Below the pieces are notes generated by a model. That model was not told where the DNA came from and searched no databases. It was given only the letters and a program-made list of their open reading frames with translations. This document shows positions 58,739-64,000 of a stretch of 64,000 nt of DNA, in pieces. Source of the DNA: Candidatus Heimdallarchaeota archaeon. GTDB lineage: Archaea > Asgardarchaeota > Heimdallarchaeia > Hodarchaeales > Hodarchaeaceae. Both the position numbers and the translations under genes were made by a program. The stretch spans positions 96,001 to 160,000 of the forward strand of contig RDOB01000006.1 of NCBI GenBank assembly GCA_011364965.1, in the 5' to 3' direction. Positions within the stretch are counted from its first letter, which is position 1, and every line of letters starts with the position of its first letter.

Positions 58739-60925
58739 CTAAGATTTTGTATCAAATTCAAAAACTATTCTACGGGATTTCAAATAATTCAATCCTAGCC
58801 ATCCTAATGCTAACCCAGAAGCAACTAATACAATAATTACTACTCCTGACTTAACAGGAGTGTTATATATTTCCGGAAAGCTAAATGTGGTGTTCAATAC
58901 ACCTAGTATATTATCTAAGAAAGAAATTTGCGCAAATCCAGCAATTAGTAATGTAACAACTTTAATCAATCTACCTTGGCTCTCTGATACTCTATCTTTA
59001 TATTTTAGTAGTAAATCATCCGCAGTTCTAATGATTCCTTTTTGAGATTCTTTCACCATAGCCAATTTCCTTTCAAGAGACTGAATGACTGGTTCAAGGT
59101 TGATATTCGCGATAAGTGTATTCATGAAATTCGCATGATCAAAATATTTTAGAGTACCTTGGTCTCTTAATAACTGAATAGATTGGAGTGCGAGTAGTTC
59201 AAATTCTGTTATTTCGATAGATCTTTTCCGAATCTTATCAATCATTTCATTAACTTTTTTCATTTGAACTCGTTCTAATGCATATTTTGCATCCTGTACT
59301 CCATGAATTAGATTGGAACGAACCGACTCTGCCATAACGTCAAAACTGATGATTAAAGTTGCGATATCATTAACTAGTTCCCCGCACGCTAGAATCTGAT
59401 CTATAATCCAATTTGGGTCATCTGGCATGAAAACTGTTAAGGAGTGCCGGGATTGAACAATTAAATCAGTACAGTGTCCTCTAATTTCAGCTAGGTTCCT
59501 CCATTCCAATAATGGTTTTTGAATCCAGTCGTCTAAAGCACTTCGTCCTTCGAAAAGAGGAATAACCAATCCTTTGAATTCCTCACTCGCTTTTAAAACA
59601 GTATAATCATAAATACGAATTAATTCCCCCGTTACTGGATTTTTCAGCAAAACGTTCTTTAAAATGCTCCGAGCAAACCAAGTACGTTCGTGTTCGAATG
59701 GAACTTTGTCCATCATAAAATCTGGTAGAATCTGGCTGGTTTTCTTCCATTCATTATGGAATCTAAGCAAAAAATCTTCAATTTCTCGGCAAATTTCATC
59801 AAATCGGAAGAATTTTCGTTCTTGCCATTGGATCTCATTTGTTCCTGCTTGCGGTCCTACAAGTTGTTGAATTGTTCTTAAATCTGAAACTGTTAACGCT
59901 TCGCAATCTAGTGTGATGGCAACTGTTGCTACTCCAAAACGTCTAATATACAAATCAACCGTAAATAACACGTTATTACCTAAGAGATTAATTTGACCTT
60001 CACCTAGCATTAGATGGAGCTTATCAGCATACTCAGATCCTATTGCAGTTTCTAAGAAATCATCTAGGGTATCAATTCCCGCTGATTGAATGGTTATATT
60101 TGAGCTGAACAATTTTTCCGAAATTATGTGACTTTTCTCCCCTGAAAATGAGTTTATTACATAATTAGAGTAATCTCCGCCAGTGTAAAAAGAGATAGAC
60201 AGTACGTGACTCGAATTTTCAATTATTATCGCTGGAGTCTTCTTATCTCGAATTAATTTCAGATAATTGATATTTTGGAGAAAGGCATTCACTTCTGTTA
60301 TTGTGACATCAGTACCAATTTCCTCAAGTACAGACACATGATTTTCTAAGCTTTCTACTCGTGAAGGGAATTCAACATCAAATTGGCTTGGATTTGTACG
60401 GAGCAGCGTAACCATTTCTCCGTATTCTGCCATTCCCGCTTGATAGTGGTAATATTCAACAAGTGTCTCCTTCATAACTGATAATTGAGAATCTTCCTCC
60501 AATTCTTCTGGAAAGTTGCTTATTGCTTTTTCTCCTATTTTTGCTGCTTGAAATGCGATCTCTGACATCTTTTTTGGGTCATTTCCGACTAATGCGTTCT
60601 CAACCTCAACTGCTCGGTCATTTATCTTGGAAAGTGCTTCAAAACCTTCAACTAGAAATCTTTCTTCTCCCTCTAGTTGTCTTATCAAATCACTAAAAAG
60701 TTGGATACTCTTCTCAAACTTTGAGTGAATAGCTCCATAATTATAACTTTTCTCCCACTCTTCACTTGCTTCAGCGTATTGGCAAAGCCCTTGAATTACT
60801 AGTTGGTATTTATCATCTTTTTCGGATTTTTTTAATTCCTCTTGGCATAGATGAATCAAATTTTGATATTCATCTTCCATATAAGCGTCAAAAATCTCTT
60901 CGGGGATAATAATCATGTGTTTCAC
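58739..60925 (-). CDS. Large protein with helical N-terminus and CorA-like C-terminal coiled stalk plus 2 TM
   Basis: RRFGVATVAI, long amphipathic helices, ESQGRLIKVVTLL TM1 and a second TM; no GMN motif. Confidence 0.5.
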   Translation of the reverse strand: MKHMIIIPEEIFDAYMEDEYQNLIHLCQEELKKSEKDDKYQLVIQGLCQYAEASEEWEKSYNYGAIHSKFEKSIQLFSDLIRQLEGEERFLVEGFEALSKINDRAVEVENALVGNDPKKMSEIAFQAAKIGEKAISNFPEELEEDSQLSVMKETLVEYYHYQAGMAEYGEMVTLLRTNPSQFDVEFPSRVESLENHVSVLEEIGTDVTITEVNAFLQNINYLKLIRDKKTPAIIIENSSHVLSISFYTGGDYSNYVINSFSGEKSHIISEKLFSSNITIQSAGIDTLDDFLETAIGSEYADKLHLMLGEGQINLLGNNVLFTVDLYIRRFGVATVAITLDCEALTVSDLRTIQQLVGPQAGTNEIQWQERKFFRFDEICREIEDFLLRFHNEWKKTSQILPDFMMDKVPFEHERTWFARSILKNVLLKNPVTGELIRIYDYTVLKASEEFKGLVIPLFEGRSALDDWIQKPLLEWRNLAEIRGHCTDLIVQSRHSLTVFMPDDPNWIIDQILACGELVNDIATLIISFDVMAESVRSNLIHGVQDAKYALERVQMKKVNEMIDKIRKRSIEITEFELLALQSIQLLRDQGTLKYFDHANFMNTLIANINLEPVIQSLERKLAMVKESQKGIIRTADDLLLKYKDRVSESQGRLIKVVTLLIAGFAQISFLDNILGVLNTTFSFPEIYNTPVKSGVVIIVLVASGLALGWLGLNYLKSRRIVFEFDTKS

Positions 60926-61119
60926 ATCTTGGATTCTATTGGAATGAATATTTGTTAATAGATATAAGCTATTACCAATATTCGGTTTTGTATAGAGATA
61001 AATTGAGAACTCAATCCTTGTTTAAAATATAATCCAAATAAAATTATTTAATTCAGTGATTCCTAATTCATTTATAGAAGAAATTCAATCCGATTTAAAG
61101 AAAGAGGGATGAGAGTTGA

Positions 61120-61611
61120 TCATTTTTTTCTTGTACGTTTTTTAGCAGATTTAAATGTCAGCTCAAGAAAATTAACTGATTCTTTAAGTTTGAATCCTAA
61201 TTTTTCCTGAAATAATGTCGAGGATTCTTCGTTCGTCCCTTTAACATCCGTAACAACCTTAGGAACTCCCTTTTCTTTATAAGCTGCGAGTAAGTGATTT
61301 ACCAGCTGAGTAGCAATACCTTTTCGTCGAAATTCTTTACTAACAGCTAGCCATTCTAAATACCCCACATCACTTATGTGCTCATATTGAGGATGCCCTA
61401 AAGCAAATCCAATTAATCTGCCATTAGTTTCAGCTACATATGCCAGCTCTATATTTTCTTGGGTTATATGAGCTACCGCCATGAGAGACCAATAGCTATA
61501 AACATATGACTTATCTGCTTTTTTTTCATCAATGAAAGCCTGTTTTCCAAGTTTGTAAACATTTATAATGTCATCAATAGTCATTTGTCTAATTTTGACA
61601 TCTTGGGTCAT
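61120..61611 (-). CDS. GNAT family N-acetyltransferase
   Basis: LAVSKEFRRKGIATQL, N..S..LFQEKLGF. Confidence 0.92.
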   Translation of the reverse strand: MTQDVKIRQMTIDDIINVYKLGKQAFIDEKKADKSYVYSYWSLMAVAHITQENIELAYVAETNGRLIGFALGHPQYEHISDVGYLEWLAVSKEFRRKGIATQLVNHLLAAYKEKGVPKVVTDVKGTNEESSTLFQEKLGFKLKESVNFLELTFKSAKKRTRKK

Positions 61612-61752
61612 TATTTTCGTCTCCGATTTACTGCAAATAGTTTTAGTAATAGAGTCTTCTATTCTACCCTACTATATACTTTGAATTTTAAGAGGTTCCT
61701 TCGTTCAATTACATACATATTCTCTTTTTAAAAAATGGTTTTTTGAAAGGTT

Positions 61753-62565
61753 ATGGAAAAACAAAGGCGAAATCTTTCCCCGTCGCTCATGGAACAGATT
61801 CTACAAAATTTGATTCCTATTCTAGGAGACAAATTGGTAGCTCGGTTTCCAAAATCAATGTATATAACTCTATTTTTCATTTATTTTGGACTTACGATTC
61901 TTGTTTTCCTTTTATTCCATTTCAATTTCCTTGTATTTGCTTTATTATGTTTTACAGTAACAGGTATCCTTTTATGGTCATATAGTTTTTCTACTCTAGT
62001 TAAAAAGATTAGGGAAACTCGTTATCCATTTTTTGATTCTGAAGCAGTTAATATCCACTGCAATTTCTATGAATTGTTGGTTAAGAACCATTCTCTTGTA
62101 TTTTCAACAGTATTTTGTCTATTAGGAATATCTTATTTTGTAGCTTTTGATCTTGTTTCTACGAGTCAAGTTATATTTAATGTCACAAATCAAATTCCTA
62201 TTCTACAGATTATTTTCTACTTCTATGTCTTTCTTTTGACATTTGATGTTTCATTTCGTGTTATCACTACGTTGAATGGAGTATTAGCTACTTTCTATCG
62301 TAATTTCCTTTATCAACAACACTTGAAAAAAGAAGTAAAAAATACTAAATCTATATTACCTTATATTGAGTTATCAACAAAATTTGATAAAGGCATTTAT
62401 GCCTTATTTATCTATTTGATATTCTGGTTTCCCATTGCTTTTATCTTAGAGGATCTATTATTAATATTACTATTTATTATTGGATTATTTTTTGGTTATT
62501 TCGTGTTTCTGATGAATCAAGCTTATGTTAGACGACTTAAAATAAAAGCTAAAAAGGAATTCTAG
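61753..62565 (+). CDS. Hypothetical membrane protein (about 6 TM)
   Basis: Hydrophobic segments. Confidence 0.65.
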   Translation: MEKQRRNLSPSLMEQILQNLIPILGDKLVARFPKSMYITLFFIYFGLTILVFLLFHFNFLVFALLCFTVTGILLWSYSFSTLVKKIRETRYPFFDSEAVNIHCNFYELLVKNHSLVFSTVFCLLGISYFVAFDLVSTSQVIFNVTNQIPILQIIFYFYVFLLTFDVSFRVITTLNGVLATFYRNFLYQQHLKKEVKNTKSILPYIELSTKFDKGIYALFIYLIFWFPIAFILEDLLLILLFIIGLFFGYFVFLMNQAYVRRLKIKAKKEF

Positions 62566-62649
62566 AACAGCTGGACTACTGGCGTTCTTCAGTAAGAGAT
62601 TATCATCTTAGCATTTATGAAGAAAATTGGAAAAATACTGAATTTAATT

Positions 62650-63999
62650 TTAATTTCGTGGTTTATTTTTTGTCAATAAGAGAATTAACTTTTCAAGATA
62701 TCTAACAGAATCTTCCAAACCCCCAATTCGATTTCTTTTAATCCAGAGTACTTTATGATCAGCAATAAGCATATTTAAACGATTTATTAGTGGATTTTTT
62801 ATGATATCAGGTAAACTGACAAGCGGTCGGTTAATTCCGCATTCTATCCTGTTCATCCCTAGATCACAACTAATTTGAACGATTTTACAAACCCAGATTA
62901 GTTCCTGAACAGCTAAAACTTCCTTGATTGAATTATTTGTTTCAAGAATCTGAAGATATTCACTAATTTTATTATTAATTGCTTCTAGATTTTCTATTGT
63001 TGTATTTTGGAGAATCATTTCCGAATCTACTCTATTCGGAAAAAGCAATGTTAAGAATAATCCCGAAGAATTCGGGAAATCAACTCCAAGTAAATCAGGT
63101 AGTGTACCAATATCAAACAAGAGAGAACCAACTGAGAAGCTTAATTGATTTTTAAAAATGTATTTGTCCAATAATTGCGAAACATACTCTCTTTTTCTGA
63201 AATTATCCTGTGAGGTCTCACTTGAATTCCACGAAAGGCCCGAACCTACCAAAAATCCAATATAGCTTATCGGAAGAGGTTGTAAATGCCCATGGTCTCC
63301 CCAATCTGTGATCAGGTATCCTAGGGCATCCTCTGCTTTCCCCCATATCGCAGCTTTTATTAAATTCTCAATTGCATTATATGTTCTCCCTGTAAAGCTG
63401 TTCCAGCTGCTTGTTCCTGGACAAACATAAAATGAAAAACCCAATTGATGAAGCTTTTTCGTTTGCTGTTCATAAGGGTGATCTTTTTCATATCCCCATA
63501 GAAGAGGAATAGTAGTTTTTGGAATTAAAGGGATAATTTCCTCATCTTGAAATATCATATCAGCCCAAAATTGGATTGTTTTACCAAATTTAGCTACTAA
63601 ATCGCACACCTTTAATAAAAACTCCAAGTAAACATAGGATTTGCTCTTTTTCTGGCAGATCTCTGCAGATTTTCCCTCTCCAAGGTCGAAAGTTTCATCT
63701 AATCCAACATTGAACATCGTACTTGTGAAATTTGGTAATAATTGGGAATATAAGTCCTCGAGCAATGAAACTACTCGTTTATCAGTGGGGTTTAAACTAA
63801 AAGGTTCTTTATTGAGACTAAAAGGATGCTTATAGCCATCTGGACATTCTGCAAGATCTCGATATTCATCATGAATCAACCAACGGTGAAAATGACCAAA
63901 GCTATTTTGATTGGGTACCAGTTCAATGTAATGCTCTTTACAAAATTTATCAAGTGTTTTAATTTCATCTGCGGTAAATGGGGAAGCATTTTTCCATAC
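62650..63999 (-). CDS. GH20 family beta-N-acetylhexosaminidase-like protein; 5' end lies beyond the window
   Basis: Frame open to the edge: IELVPNQNSFGH, NVGLDETFDLG, WADMI, WGYE, CPGTSSWN, TDWGDHGH. Confidence 0.85.
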   Translation of the reverse strand, partial: VWKNASPFTADEIKTLDKFCKEHYIELVPNQNSFGHFHRWLIHDEYRDLAECPDGYKHPFSLNKEPFSLNPTDKRVVSLLEDLYSQLLPNFTSTMFNVGLDETFDLGEGKSAEICQKKSKSYVYLEFLLKVCDLVAKFGKTIQFWADMIFQDEEIIPLIPKTTIPLLWGYEKDHPYEQQTKKLHQLGFSFYVCPGTSSWNSFTGRTYNAIENLIKAAIWGKAEDALGYLITDWGDHGHLQPLPISYIGFLVGSGLSWNSSETSQDNFRKREYVSQLLDKYIFKNQLSFSVGSLLFDIGTLPDLLGVDFPNSSGLFLTLLFPNRVDSEMILQNTTIENLEAINNKISEYLQILETNNSIKEVLAVQELIWVCKIVQISCDLGMNRIECGINRPLVSLPDIIKNPLINRLNMLIADHKVLWIKRNRIGGLEDSVRYLEKLILLLTKNKPRN

Positions 64000-64000
64000 A

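Noticed and set aside
1732-63835. Numerous 60-150 aa ORFs antisense to or overlapping larger genes (e.g. 3787-4095, 9423-9629, 23757-23981, 33522-33917, 38530-38976, 51366-51740)
   Set aside because: Shadow frames of well-supported genes with no motifs of their own.

Overview
Low-GC archaeal chromosomal segment. It is most likely from an Asgard archaeon such as Heimdallarchaeia/Hodarchaeales; this is an inference from mfnA, DUF355, Zn-ribbon-tailed membrane proteins and many C-terminally anchored surface proteins. No rRNA, tRNA or CRISPR array was recognised. Highlights: (1) Two independent loci (9.5-11.3 kb and 43.9-45.7 kb) each pair a ~480-490 aa tandem Lrp/AsnC-like regulator head-to-head with a ~50 aa pre-peptide. 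The two pre-peptides share KL(I/L)P-hydrophobic-LGIA-(TG)-DP followed by a short, divergent Pro-containing tail. This is a candidate Rgg/SHP-like peptide-signalling system; the second peptide is missing from the ORF track. (2) A light/UV-stress island (13.2-27.1 kb) carries TspO, msrA, photolyase, UvsE, a Rieske oxygenase, crtY/crtI/crtB and a CarH-like B12-binding regulator with a non-MerR HTH. A repeated TTCATGAA-N10-TTCATGAA candidate operator lies in it. (3) A cohesin/dockerin surface-protein pair sits after a MacB-type ABC transporter. (4) Also present: an HTH-MNT/HEPN toxin-antitoxin-like pair, a degenerate Hef-like helicase, a CorA-like long protein, several pseudogene relics and a 122-bp gene-junction duplication.
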